From Candidatus Oxydemutatoraceae bacterium (lineage in GTDB: Bacteria; Pseudomonadota; Gammaproteobacteria; Poriferisulfidales; Oxydemutatoraceae), in the NCBI GenBank assembly GCA_965219575.1, contig OZ244779.1, positions 876,769 to 940,768 of the forward strand: DNA of 64,000 nucleotides, given 5' to 3'. Below, one piece after another: positions 32,101 to 47,100 of the stretch. Position 1 is the stretch's first letter. Every line of letters begins with the position of its first letter. The translations under genes and the position numbers were made by a program. The notes below the pieces were generated by a model. That model made no database searches, was not told where the DNA came from, and was given only the letters and a program-made list of their open reading frames with translations.

Positions 32101-35100
32101 GCCAAGCATCACATTTATCGAAGTATTCATACCTTCCAGCAGTTTGAGCGGTTGCTCGGGAATACCGCTCAGCGTCGGTGGTGCGTTGACACGCACCGAC
32201 AAGGAGGCACTGTCGCTTAGCCCGTTGCTGTCCTTCGCAATGAAAGTCACCGTTGCCACACCCTCTTGCTCGGCATCCAGCACGAAGCGTATACGCGTAT
32301 CGGTCGTTATATCGGCAACATGTATCGGCACCACCGACACGATGGTTCGGCTCGACGACATTGCCGTCAATGTGACGCGATCACCGTCGCCGTAATTACT
32401 ATCTGCGACCAAGACGACGATATGCGTCGTACTATCGAGCGGTAGCGTCTGTGGAGTTGAGGGTGTCAATGTAATCATCGGTGCGATGTTCGCTTGCACC
32501 TGTACCGCAAATTGTGCCGAGACCTGCGAGTTTGCTACACCTCTGCCGTCGTTCACCGACACCGTAATCGTCGTATTGCCGGCACCGGCACCGACAATTT
32601 CAAGCGTGCGCATGATTCCGTTGCCACTGGCATTGACCGTTGCAATTTGCGTATCGCTGGATTCAACTGCTATCGTCAGGGTATCGTCGGCATTGGCATC
32701 GCCCAGCGTCACATCTATCGAAGTATTCATACCTTCCAGTAGTCTGAGCGGTTGCTCGGGAATACCGCTGAGCGTCGGTGGTGCATTGGCACGCACCGAC
32801 AAAGCCACACTGTGGCTTAGTCCGTTGTTGTCGGTTGCAGTAAAGGTAATCGTTGCCACACCACCTTGCAGTGCACTTAGCGTAAAGGTATTAGCCGTAT
32901 CATCGGTTATATCGGTAATCGTCGTCGGCGATGTCACCGACACAATGGTTCGGTTCGATGACACGGCCGTCAATGTAACAACATCGTTCAAATTGAAATT
33001 ACTATCCGCGACCGAGACGACAATATTAACCGTGCTATTGAGCGGTAGCGTTTGCGCTGTTGCAGGTGTTAGTGTAATCGTCGGTGCGATGTTCGCTTCT
33101 ACCTGCACCGCAAATTGTGCCGAGACCTGCGAGTTTGTCGCATCTCTGCCGTCGTTGACCGTCACCGTAATCGTCGTATTGCCGGCACCGACGCCGACAA
33201 TCTCAAGCGTGCGCATGGTTCCGTTGCCACTGGCATTGACCGTTGCAATCTGCATGTCACTGGATTCAACTGCTATCGTTAGGGTATCGTCGGCATTGGC
33301 ATCGCCAAGCATCACATTTATCGAAGTATTCATACCCTCCAGTAGTCTGAGCGGTTGCTCGGGAACACCTTGCAGCGTCGGCGGTGCATTGGCACGCACC
33401 GACAAGTCGGCACTGTGGCTTAGTCCGTTGTTGTCCTCTGCGGTAAAGGTAATCGTTGCCACACCACTTTGCAGTGCATTTAGCGTAAAGGTGTTAGCCG
33501 TATCATCGGTTATATCGGTAATCGTCGTCGGCGATGTCACCGACACAATCGTTTCATTCGATGACATTGCCGTCAATGTAACACGATCACCGTTAACATA
33601 ATTACTATCCGCGACCGAGACGACGATATGCGCCGTGCTGTTGAGCGGTAATGTTTGCATTGTTGCAGGTGTCAGCGTAATCGTCGGTGCGATGTTCGCT
33701 TCTACCTGCACCGCAAATTGTGCCGAGACCTGCGAGTTTGCTACACCTCTGCCGTCGTTGACCGTCACCGTAATCGTCGTATTGCCGGCACCGATGCCGA
33801 CAATCTCAAGCGTGCGCATGGTTCCGTCGCCACTGGCATTGACCGTTGCAATCTGCGTATCGCTGGATTCAACTGCTATCGTCAGGGTATCGTCGGCATT
33901 GGCATCGGCTAGCGTCAATCTCAATTCGGTATTCATACCTTCCAATAGACTAACCGGTTGCTCGGGAATACCGCTCAGCGTCGGTGGTGCATTGGCACGC
34001 ACCGACAAAGCCGCACTGTGGCTTAGTCCGTTGTTGTCTTCTGCGGTAAAGGTAATCGTTGCCACACCACTTTGCAGTGCATTTAGCGTAAAGGTGTTAG
34101 CCGTATCATCGGTTATATCGGTAATCGTCGTCGGCGATGTCACCGACACAATCGTTTCATTCGATGACATTGCCGTCAATGTGACACTATCACCTCTACT
34201 ATAGTTATTATCTGCGACCGAGACGACGATATGCGTTGTGCTATTGAGCGGTAGCGTCTGCGCGGTGGAAGGTGTCAGTGTAATCGTCGGGTCGGTGTTT
34301 GCTTCTACCTGCACCGCAAATTGTGCCGAGACCTGCGAGTTTGCTACACCTCTGCCATCGTTCACCGTCACCGTAATCGTCGTATTGCCGGCACCGACCC
34401 CGACAATCTCAAGCGTGCGCATGGTTCCGTTGCCACTGGCATTGACCGTTGCAATCTGCGTATCGCTGGATTCAACTGCTATCGTCAGGGTATCGTCGGC
34501 ATTGGCATCGGCTAGCGTCAATCTCAATTCGGTATTCATACCTTCCAATAGACTAACCGGTTGCTCGGGAATACCGCTCAGCGTCGGTGGTGCATTGGCA
34601 CGCACCGACAAAGCCGCACTGTGGCTCAGCCCGTTGTTGTCGGTTGCGGTAAAGGTAATCGTTGCCACACCACCTTGTTCGGCATCCAGCACGAAGCGTA
34701 TACGCGTATCGGTCGTTATATCGGTAACTTGCATCGGCATCACCGACACAATGGTTCGGTTCGATGACACGGCCGTCAATGTAACAACATCGTTCAAATT
34801 GAAATTACTATCCGCGACCGAGACGACGATATTAGCCGTGCTATTGAGCGGTAATGTTTGCATTGTTGACGGTGTCAATGTAATCATCGGTGCGATGTTC
34901 GCTTCTACCTGCACCGCAAATTGTGCCGAGACCTGCGAGTTTGCTACACCTCTGCCGTCGTTGACCGTCACCGTAATCGTCGTATTGCCGGCACCGACCC
35001 CGACAATCTCAAGCGTGCGCATGGTTCCGTTGCTACTGGCATTGACCGTTGCAATCTGCATGTCACTGGATTCAACCGCTATCGTTGGTATATCGTCGGC

Positions 35101-38100
35101 ATTGGCATCGGCTATCGCCAATCTCAATTCGGTATTCATACCTTCCAATAGACTAACCGGTTGCTCGGGAATACCGCTCAGCGTCGGTGGTGCATTGGCA
35201 CGCACCGACAAAGCCGCACTGTGGCTCAGCCCGTTGTTGTCCTCTGCGGTAAAGGTAATCGTTGCCACACCACCTTGTTCGGCATCCAGCACGAAGCGTA
35301 TACGCGTATCGGTCGTTATATCGTCAACTTGCATCGGCACCACCGACACAATGGTTCGGCTCGACGACATGGCCGTCAATGTAACAACATCGTTCAAATT
35401 GAAATTACTATCCGCGACCGAGACGACGATATTAGCCGTGCTATTGAGCGGTAGCGTCCGTGCGGTTGAGGGTGTCAATGTAATCGTCGGTGCGATGTTC
35501 GCTTGCACCTGTACCGCAAATCGTGCCGAGACTTGTGAGTTTGCTACACCTCTGCCGTCGTTGACTGTCACCGTAATCGTCGTATTGCCGGCACCGACCC
35601 CGACAATCTCAAGCATGCGCACGGCTCCGCTACCACTGGCATTGACCGTTGCGATCTGCGTATCATTGGATTCAACCGCTATCGTCGGTATATCGTCGGC
35701 ATTGGCATCGCCCAGCGTCACATTTATCGAAGTATTCATACCTTCCAGTAGTCTGAGCGGTTGCTCGGGAATACCGCTGAGTGTCGGCGGTGCGTTGACA
35801 CGCACCGACAAAACCGCACTGTGGCTTAGCCCGTTGCTATCCTGTGCGGTAAAGGTAATCGTTGCCACACCACCTTGCAGTGCATTTAGCGTAAAGGTAT
35901 TAGCCGTATCATCGATTATGTCGGTAATCGTCGTCGGCGATGTCACCGACACAATCGTTTCATTCGACGATATTGCCGTCAATGTGACGCAATCACCGTC
36001 GCCGTAATTACTATCTGCGACCAAGACGACGATATGCGCTGTACTATCGAGCGGTAGTGTCTGCATTGTTGACGGTGTCAATGTAATCATCGGCGCGATG
36101 TTCGCTTCCACTTGCACCGCAAATTGTGCCGAGACCTGCGAGTTCGCTACACCTCTGCCGTCGTTGACCGTCACTGTAATCGTCGTATTGCCGGCACCAA
36201 TGCCGACAATCTCAAGCGTGCGGATGGCTCCACTGCCACTGGCATTGACCATTGCAATCTGCGTGTCATTGGACTCAACTGCTATCGTCAGTATATCGTC
36301 GGCATTGGCATCGCCTAGTGTCACATTTATCGAAGTATTCATACCTTCCAGTAGTCTGAGCGGTTGCTCGGGAATACCGCTGAGCGTCGGTGGTGCATTG
36401 GCACGCACCGACAGGGCGGCACTGTGGCTTAGCCCGTTGCTGTCTTCTGCGGTAAAGGTAATCGTTGCCACACCACCTTGCTTGGCATCCAGCACGAAGT
36501 GCATACTCGTGTCGGTCGTTATATCGGCAACTTGTATAGGCACCACCGACACGATGGTTCGGCTCGACGACATTGCCGTCAATATAACAACATCGTTCAA
36601 ATTGAAGTTGCTGTCCGCAACCGAAACGACGATATTAGCCGTGCTATCGAGCGGTAATGTTTGCGCTGTTGCAGGTGTCAATGTAATCGTCGGTGCGATG
36701 TTCGCTTGCACCTGTACCGCAAATTGTGCCGAGACCTGCGAGTTCGCTACACCTCTGCCGTCGTTCACCGCCACCGTAATCGTTGTATTGCCGGCACCGA
36801 CACCGACAATCTCAAGCGTGCGCACGGCACCGGTGCCACTGGCATTGACCGTTGCAACCTGCGTGTCATTGGACTCAACTGCTATCGTCAAGGTATCGTC
36901 GGCATTGGCATCGGCTATCGTCAATTCCAATTCGGTATTCATACCTTCCAATAGCCTGACCGGTTGCTCGGGAATATCGTTCAGCGCCGGTGATGCGTTG
37001 ACACGCACCGACAAAGCCGCACTGTGGCTTAGCCCGTTGTTGTCCGCTGCGGTAAAGGTAATCATTGCCACACCACCTTGTTCGGCATCCAGCACGAAGC
37101 GTATACTCGTATCGGTCGTTATATCGGCAACTCGCATCGGTATCACCGACACAGTGGTTCGGCTCGACGACATGGCCGTCAGTGTGACGCGATCACTGTT
37201 AACATAATTACTATCCGCGACCGAGACAACGATATGCGCCGTGCTATTGAGCGGTAGCGTTTGCGCTGTTGCAGGTGTTAGTGTAATCATCGGCGCGATG
37301 TTCGCTTGCACCTGCACTGCAAATTGTGCCGAGACCTGCGAGTTCGCTACACCTCTGCCGTCGTTGACCGTCACCGTAATCGTCGTATTGCCGGCACCGA
37401 TGCCGACAATCTCAAGTGTGCGCATGATTCCGTTGCCACTGGCATTGACCGTTGCGATCTGCGTATCGCTGGATTCAACTGCTACCGTTAGGGTATCGTC
37501 GGCATTGGCATCGCCAAGCATCACATTTATCGAAGTATTCATACCTTCCAGTAGTCTGAGCGGTTGCTGGGGAATACCCTGCAGCGTCGGCGGTGCATTG
37601 GCACGCACCGACAAGTCGACACTGTGGCTTAGCCCGTTGCTGTCCTGTGCGGTAAAGGTAATCGTTGCCACACCATCTTGCTTGGCATCCAGCACGAAGC
37701 GCATACTCCTATCGGTCGTTATATTGTCAACTTGTATCGGCACCACCGACACGATGGTTCGGCTCGACGACATTGCCGTCAATGTGATATTGTCATTATC
37801 GCCATAATTACTATCGACTACCGAGACGACGATATGCGCCGTGCTGTTGAGCGGTAATGTTTGCGCTGTTGCAGGTGTCAATGTAATCATCGGTGCAATG
37901 TTCGCTTGCACCTGCACCGCAAATTGTGCCGAGACCTGCGAGTTTGCTACACCTCTGCCGTCGTTGACCGTCACCGTAATTGTCGTATTGCCGGCACCGA
38001 CACCGACAATCTCAAGCGTGCGCATGGTTCCGTTGCCACTGGCATTGACCGTTGCAATCTGCGTATCGCTGGATTCAACTGCTATCGTCAGGGTATCGTC

Positions 38101-41100
38101 GGCATTGGCATCGGCTAGCGTCACATTTATCGAAGTATTCATACCTTCCAGTAGTCTGAGCGGTTGCTCGGGAATACTGCTGAGCGTCGGTGGTGCATTG
38201 GCACGCACCGACAAGTCGGCACTGTGGCTTAGCCCGTTGTTGTCCTCTGCGGTAAAGGTAATCGTTGCCACACCACCTTGCAGTGCATTTAGCGTAAAGG
38301 TATTAGCCGTATCATCGGTTATATCGGTAATCGTCGTCGGCGATGTCACCGACACAATCGTTTCATTCGATGACATTGCCGTCAATGTGATATTGTCATT
38401 ATCGCCATAATTACTATCGACTACCGAGACGACGATATGCGCCGTGCTATTGAGCGGTAGCGTTTGCATTGTTGCAGGTGTCAATGTAATCATCGGTGCG
38501 ATGTTCGCTTGCACCTGCACCGCAAATTGTGCCGAGACCTGCGAGTTCGCTACACCTCTGCCGTCGTTCACCGACACTGTAATCGTCGTATTGCCGGCAC
38601 CGACACCGACAATCTCAAGCGTGCGGGTAGCTCCGCTGCCACTGGCATTGACCGTTGCAATCAATGTATCATTGGATTCAACTGCTATCGTCAGGGTATC
38701 GTCGGCATTGGCATCGCCCAGCGTCACATTTATCGAAGTATTCATACCTTCCAGTAGTCTGAGCGGTTGCTCAGGAATACCCTGCAGCGTCGGTGGTGCA
38801 TTGGCACGCACCGACAGGGCGGCACTATAGCTTAGCCCGTTGCTGTCCTGTGCGGTAAAGATAATCGTTGCCACACCACCTTGTTCGGCATCCAGCACGA
38901 AGCGTATACTCGTATCGGTCGTTATATCGGCAACTCGCATCGGTATCACCGACACAGTGGTTCGGCTTGACGACATTGCCGTCAATGTAACAACATCGTT
39001 CAAATTGAAATTACCATCCGCGACCGAGACGATGATATGCGCCGTGCTGTTGAGCGGTAGCGTCTGTGCGGTTGCAGGTGTCAATGTAATCATCGGTGCG
39101 ATGTTCGCTTGCACCTGTATCGCAAATCGTGCCGAGACCTGCGAGTTTGTTGCACCTCTGCCGTCGTTGACCGTCACCGTAATCATCGTATTACCGGCAC
39201 CGATACCGACAATTTCAAGCGTGCGCACGGCACCAGTGGTTGCGATAATCGTTGCGCTTGCAATCCTGCTGTCGTCGATGTCGACGCTTATATCAAGGGT
39301 ATCGTCGGCATTGGCATCGGCTATCGTCAATTCCAATTCGGTATTCATACCCTCCAACAGACTAACCGGTTGCTCGGGAATATCGCTCAGCGTCGGCGGT
39401 GCGTTGACACGCACCGACAGGTCGGCACTGTGGCTTAGCCCGTTGTTGTCCTCTGCGGTAAAGGTAATCGTTGCCACACCACCTTGTTCGGCATCCAGCA
39501 CGAAGCGTATACTCGTATCGGTCATTATATCGTCAACTTGTATCGGCATCACCGACACAATGGTTCGGTTCGATGACACGGCCGTCAATGTAACAACATC
39601 GTTCAAATTGAAATTACTATCCGCGACCGAGACGACGATATGCGCCGTGCTATTGAGCGGTAGCGTCTGCATTGTTGCAGGTGTCAATGTAATCATCGGT
39701 GCGATGTTCGCTTGCACCCGTACCGCAAATTGTGCCGAAACCTGCGAGTTCGCTACACCTCTGCCGTCGTTGACCGTCACCGTAATCGTCGTATTGCCGG
39801 CACCGACCCCGACAATCTCAAGCGTGCGCATGGTTCCGTCGCCACTGGCATTGACCGTTGCAATCTGCGTGTCACTGGACTCAACCGCTATCGTCAGGGT
39901 ATCGTCAGCATTGGCATCGGCTAGTGTCACATCTATCGAAGTATTCATACCTTCCAATAGTTTGAGCGGTTGCTCGGGAATATCGCTCAGCGTCGGCGGT
40001 GCATTGGCACGCACCGACAGGGCCACACTGTGGCTTAGCCCGTTGCTGTCTTCTGCGGTAAAGGTAATCGTTGCCACACCACCTTGCAGTGCATTTAGCG
40101 TAAAGGTGTTAGCCGTATCATCGGTTATATCGGTAATCGTCGTCGGCGATGTCACCGACACAATCGTTTCATTCGACGATATTGCCGTCAATGTGATGTT
40201 GTCATTATCGCCATAGTTACTATCGACTACCGAGACGACGATATTAGCCGTGCTATTGAGCGGTAATGTTTGCATTGTTGCAGGTGTCAATGTAATCATC
40301 GGTGCGATGTTCGCTTGCACCTGCACCGCAAATTGTGCCGAAACCTGCGAGTTCGCTACACCTCTGCCGTCGTTCACCGTCACCGTAATAGTCGTATTGC
40401 CGGCACCGACACCGACAATCTCAAGCGTGCGCACGGCACTGGTGCCACTGGCATTGGCCGTTGCAACCTGCGTATTATTGGATTCAACCACTATCGTCAA
40501 TGTATCGTCGGCATTGGCATCGGCTAGCGTCACATTTATCGAAGTATTCATACCTTCCAGTAGTCTGAGCGGTTGTTCGGGAATACCGCTCAGCGTCGGC
40601 GGTGCATTGGCACGCACCGACAGGGCCACACTGTGGCTTAGCCCGTTGCTGTCTTCTGCGGTAAAGGTAATCGTTGCCACACCACCTTGCAGTGCATTTA
40701 GCGTAAAGGTGTTAGCCGTATCATCGGTTATATCGGTAATCGTCGTCGGCGATGTCACCGACACAATCGTTTCATTCGACGATATTGCCGTCAATGTGAT
40801 GTTGTCATTATCGCCATAGTTACTATCTGCGACCGAAACGACAATACCAGTCGTACTATTGATCGCTAGCGTCTGCGCTGTTGTGGGTGTCAATGTAATC
40901 ATCGGTGCGATGTTCGCTTGCACCTGCACCGCAAATTGTGCCGAGACCTGCGAGTTTGCTACACCTCTGCCGTCGTTGACCGTCACCGTAATCGTCGTAT
41001 TGCCGGCACCGACACCGACAATCTCAAGCGTGCGCACGGCACCAGTGCCACTGGCATTGGCCGTTGCAACCTGCGTATTATTGGATTCAACCACTATCGT

Positions 41101-44100
41101 CAATGTATCGTCGGCATTGGCATCGGCTATCGTCAATTCCAATTCGGTATTCATACCTTCCAATAGACTAACCGGTTGTTCGGGAATACCGCTCAGCGTC
41201 GGCGGTGCATTGGCACGCACCGACAGGGCGGCACTGTGGCTTAGCCCGTTGCTGTCTTCTGCGGTAAAGGTAATCGTTGCCACACCACCTTGCAGTGCAT
41301 TTAGCGTAAAGGTGTTAGCCGTATCATCGGTTATATCGGTAATCGTCGTCGGCGATGTCACCGACACAATCGTTTCATTCGACGATATTGCCGTCAATAT
41401 AACAACATCGTTCAAATTGAAATTACTATCTGCGACCGAAACGACGACATGCGCCGTGCTATTGAGCGGTAATGTTTGCGCTGTTGCAGGTATCAATGTA
41501 ATCGTCGGTGCGATGTTCGCTTCTACTTGCACCGCAAATTGTGTCGAGACCTGCGAGTTTGCTACACCTCTGCCGTCGTTGACCGTCACCGTAATCGTCG
41601 TATTGCCGGCACCGACCCCGACAATCTCAAGCGTGCGCATGGTTCCGTTGCCACTGGCATTGACCGTTGCAATCTGCATGTCACTGGACTCAACCGCTAT
41701 CGTTAGAGTATCGTCGGCATTGGCATCGGCTATCGTCAATTCCAATTCAGTATTCATACCCTCCAATAGACTAACCGGTTGCTCGGGAATACCGCTGAGT
41801 GTCGGTGGTGCATTGGCACGCACCGACAAAGCCGCACTATGGCTTAGTCCGTTGTTGTCTTCTGCGGTAAAGATAATCGTTGCCACACCATCTTGTTCGG
41901 CATCCAGCACGAAGCGTATACTCGTATCGGTCGTTATATCGTCAACTTGCATCGGCACCACCGACACAATGGTTCGGCTCGACGACATGGCCGTCAATAT
42001 AACAACATCGTTCAAATTGAAATTACCATCTGCGACCGAGACGACGATATTAGCCGTGCTATTGAGTGGTAGCGTCTGTGCGGTTGAGGGTGTCAGTGTA
42101 ATCGCCGGGTCGGTGTTCGCTTCCACCTGCACCGCAAATTGTGCCGAGACCTGCGAGTTTGCTACACCTCTGCCGTCGTTGACCGACACCGTAATCGTCG
42201 TATTGCCGGCACCGACACCGACAATCTCAAGCGTGCGCATGGTTCCGTTGCTACTGGCATTGACCGTTGCAATCTGCGTATCGCTGGATTCAACTGCTAT
42301 CGTCAGGGTATCGTCGGCATTGGCATCGCCCAGCGTCACATTTATCGAAGTATTCATACCTTCCAGTAGTCTGAGCGGTTGCTCGGGAATACCCTGCAGC
42401 GTCGGCGGTGCATTGGCACGCACCGACAGGGCGGCACTGTGGCTTAGCCTTCTGCTGTCCTCTGCGGTAAAGGTAATCGTTGCCACACCACCTTGTTCGG
42501 CACTTAACACAAAGCGTATACTCGTATCGGTCGTTATATCGGTAACTTGCATCGGCACCACCGACACAATGGTTCGGCTCGACGACACGGCCGTCAATGT
42601 GACACTATCACCTCTACTATAGTTATTATCTGCGACCGAGACGACGATATGCGTTGTGCTATTGAGCAGTAGCGTCTGCGCGGTGGAAGGTGTCAGTGTA
42701 ATCGTCGGGTCGGTGTTTGCTTCTACCTGCACCGCAAATTGTGCCGAGACCTGCGAGTTTGCTACACCTCTGCCGTCGTTCACCGTCACCGTAATCGTCG
42801 TATTGCCGGCACCGACCCCGACAATCTCAAGCGTGCGCATGGTTCCGTTGCCACTGGCATTGACCGTTGCAATCTGCGTATCGCTGGATTCAATTGCTAT
42901 CGTCAGGGTATCGTCGGCATTGGCATCGGCTAGCGTCAATCTCAATTCGGTATTCATACCTTCCAATAGACTAACCGGTTGCTCGGGAATACCCTGCAGC
43001 GTCGGTGGTGCATTGGCACGCACCGACAGGTCAGCACTGTGGCTTAGCCTTCTGCTGTCGGTTGCGGTGAAGGTAATTGTTGCCACACCACCTTGTTCGG
43101 CATCCAGCACAAAGCGCATACTCGTATCGGTCGTTATATCGGTAACTTGCATCGGCATCACCGACACAATAGTTCGGCTTGACGACATGGCCGTCAATGT
43201 AACAACATCGTTCAAATTGAAATTACCATCTGCGACCGAGACGACGATATGCGTTGTGCTATTGAGCGGTAGCGTCTGCGCGGTGGAGGGTGTCAGTGTA
43301 ATCGTCGGGTCGGTGTTTGCTTCTACCTGCACCGCAAATTGTGCCGAGACCTGCGAGTTCGCTACACCTCTGCCGTCGTTGACCGTCACCGTAATCGTCG
43401 TATTGCCGGCACCGACCCCGACAATCTCAAGCGTGCGCATGGTTCCGTTGTCACTGGCATTGACCGTTGCAATCTGCATGTCACTGGACTCAACCGCTAT
43501 CGTTAGAGTATCGTCGGCATTGGCATCGGCTATCGTCAATTCCAATTCGGTATTCATACTTTCCAGTAGTCTGAGCGGTTGCTGGGGAATACCGCTGAGC
43601 GTCGGCGGTGCATTGGCACGCACCGACAAGTCGACACTGTGGCTTAGCCCGTTGCTGTCGTCTGCGGTAAAGGTAATCGTTGCCACACCACTTTGCAGTG
43701 CATTTAGCGTAAAGGTGTTAGCCGTATCGGTCGTTATATCGGCAACTTGCACCGGCATCACCGACACAATAGTTCGGCTTGACGACATGGCCGTCAATGT
43801 AACAACATCGTTCAAATTGAAATTACCATCTGCGACCGAGACGACGATATGCGTTGTGCTATTGAGCGGTAGCGTCTGCGCGGTGGAGGGTGTCAGCGTA
43901 ATCGTCGGGTCGGTGTTTGCTTCTACCTGCACCGCAAATTGTGCCGAGACCTGCGAGTTTGCTACACCTCTGCCGTCGTTGACCGTCACCGTAATCGTCG
44001 TATTGCCGGCACCGACACCGACAATCTCAAGCGTGCGAATGATTCCGTTGCCACTGGCATTGACCGTTGCAATCTGCGTATCGCTGGATTCAACTGCTAT

Positions 44101-47100
44101 CGTCAGGGTATCGTCGGCATTGGCATCGCCCAGCGTCACATTTATCGAAGTATTCATACCTTCCAGTAGTCTGAGCGGTTGCTCGGGAATACCGCTCAGC
44201 GTCGGTGGTGCGTTGACACGCACCGACAGGTCGGCACTGTGGCTTAGCCTTCTGCTGTCGGTTGCGGTGAAGGTAATCGTTGCCACACCACCTTGTTCGG
44301 CACTTAACACGAAGCGTATACTCGTATCGGTCGTTATATCGTCAACTTGCATCGGCACCACCGACACAATGGTTCGGCTCGACGATATTGCCGTCAATAT
44401 AACAACATCGTTCAAATTGAAATTGCTGTCCGCGACCGAGACGACGATATGCGCCGTGCTATTGAGCGGTAGCGTCTGCGCGGTGGAAGGTGTCAATATA
44501 ATCGTCGGGTCGGTGTTTGCTTCCACCTGTACCGCAAATTGTGCCGAAACCTGCGAGTTCGCTACACCTCTGCCGTCGTTCACCGCCACCGTAATCGTTG
44601 TATTGCCGGCACCGACACCGACAATCTCAAGCGTGCGCACGGCTCCGCTGCCACTGGCATTGACCGTTGCAATCTGCGTGTCATTGGATTCAACCGCTAT
44701 CGTCAGGGTATCGTCGGCATTGGCATCGCCTAGTGTCACATCTATCGAAATATTCATACCTTCCAACAGCTTGAGCGGTTGCTCGGGAATACCGTTCAGC
44801 GTCGGTGGTGCGTTGACACGCGCCGACAAAGCCGCACTGTGGCTTAGCCCGTTGCTGTCCTGTGCGGTAAAGGTAATCGTTGCCACACCACCTTGCTCGG
44901 CATCCAACACGAAGCGTATACTCGTATCGGTCGTTATATCGTCAACTTGTATCGGTATTACCGACACGATGGTTCGGCTCAATGACATTGCCGTCAATGT
45001 AACAACATCGTTCAAATTGAAATTGCTGTCCGCAACCGAAACGACAATACCAGTCGTACTATTGATCGCTAGCGTCTGCGCTGTTGTGGGTGTCAATATA
45101 ATCGTCGGTGGGGTGTTTGCTTGCACCTGCACCGCAAATTGTGCCGAGACCTGCGAGTTTGCTACACCTCTGCCGTCGTTCACCGTCACCGTAATCGTCG
45201 TATTGCCGCCCCCGCCCCCGACAATCTCAAGCGTGCGGATGGCTCCACTGCCACTGGCATTGACCATTGCAATCTGCGTGTCATTGGACTCAACTGCTAT
45301 CGTCAGTATATCGTCGACATTGGCATCGGCTATCGTCAATTCCAATTCGGTATTCATACCTTCCAACAACCTGAGCGGTTGCTCGGGAGTACCGCTCAGC
45401 GTCGGTGGTGCATTGACACGCACCGACAAAGCCGCACTGTGGCTTAGCCCGTTGCTGTCCTCTGCGGTAAAGGTGATCGTTGCCACACCACTTCGCTCGG
45501 CATTCAGCACAAAGCGTATACTTGTATCGGTCGTTATATCGGCAACTTGCATCGGCACCACCGATACAATGGTTCGGCTCGACGATATTGCCGTCAATGT
45601 GACGCGATCACCGTCGCCGTAATTACTATCCGCGACCAAGACGACGATATTAGCCGTGCTATTGAGCGGTAGCGTCTGTACGGTTGAGGGTGTCAATGTA
45701 ATCGTCGGTGCGATGTTCGCTTCTACCTGCACCGCAAATTGTGCCGAGACCTGCGAGTTCGCTATACCTCTGCCGTCGTTCACCGTCACCGTAATAGTTG
45801 TATTGCCGGCACCGACCCCGACAATTTCAAGCGTGCGAATGTCACCGATAGTTGCAATAATCGTTGCGCTTGCAATCATGCCGTCGTCGATGTCGACGCT
45901 TATATCAAGAGTATCGTCGGCATTGGCATCGGCTAGCGTCAATCTCAATTCGGTATTCATACCTTCCAGTAGTCTGAGCGGTTGCTCGGGAATACCGCTG
46001 AGCGTCGGTGATGCATTGACACGCACCGACAAAGCCGCACTGTGGCTTAGCCCGTTGCTGTCCTCTGCGGTAAAGGTGATCGTTGCCACACCACTTCGCT
46101 CGGCATTCAGCACAAAGCGTATACTTGTATCGGTCGTTATATCGGCAACTTGCATCGGCACCACCGATACAATGGTTCGGCTCGACGATATTGCCGTCAA
46201 TGTGACGCGATCACCGTCGCCGTAATTACTATCCGCGACCAAGACGACGATATTAGCCGTGCTATTGAGCGGTAGCGTCTGTACGGTTGAGGGTGTCAAT
46301 GTAATCGTCGGTGCGATGTTCGCTTCTACCTGCACCGCAAATTGTGCCGAGACCTGCGAGTTCGCTATACCTCTGCCGTCGTTCACCGTCACCGTAATAG
46401 TTGTATTGCCGGCACCGACCCCGACAATTTCAAGCGTGCGAATGTCACCGATAGTTGCAATAATCGTTGCGCTTGCAATCATGCCGTCGTCGATGTCGAC
46501 GCTTATATCAAGAGTATCGTCGGCATTGGCATCGGCTAGCGTCAATCTCAATTCGGTATTCATACCTTCCAATAGACTAACCGGTTGCTCGGGAATACCG
46601 CTCAGCGTCGGTGGTGCATTGGCACGCACCGACAAAGCCGCACTGTGGCTTAGTCCGTTGTTGTCTTCTGCGGTAAAGGTAATCGTTGCCACACCACTTT
46701 GCTCGGCATTCAGCACGAAACGTATACTCGTATCGGTCGTTATATCGGCAACTTGCATCGGTATCACCGATATCACCGATGGGTTTGACGACATTGCCGT
46801 CAATGTAACAACATCGTTCAAATTGAAATTACCATCTGCGACCGAGACGACGATATTAGCCGTGCTATTGAGCGGTAATGTTTGCGCTGTTACGGGTGTC
46901 AATGTAATCGTCGGTGCGATGTTCGCTTGCACCTGCACCGCAAATTGTGCCGAGACCTGCGAGTTTGCTACACCTCTGCCGTCGTTCACCGTCACCGTAA
47001 TCGTCGTATTGCCGGCACCGACCCCGACAATCTCAAGCGTGCGCACGGCACCAATGGTTGCGATAATCGTTGCGCTTGCAATCCTGCCGTCGTCGGTGTC

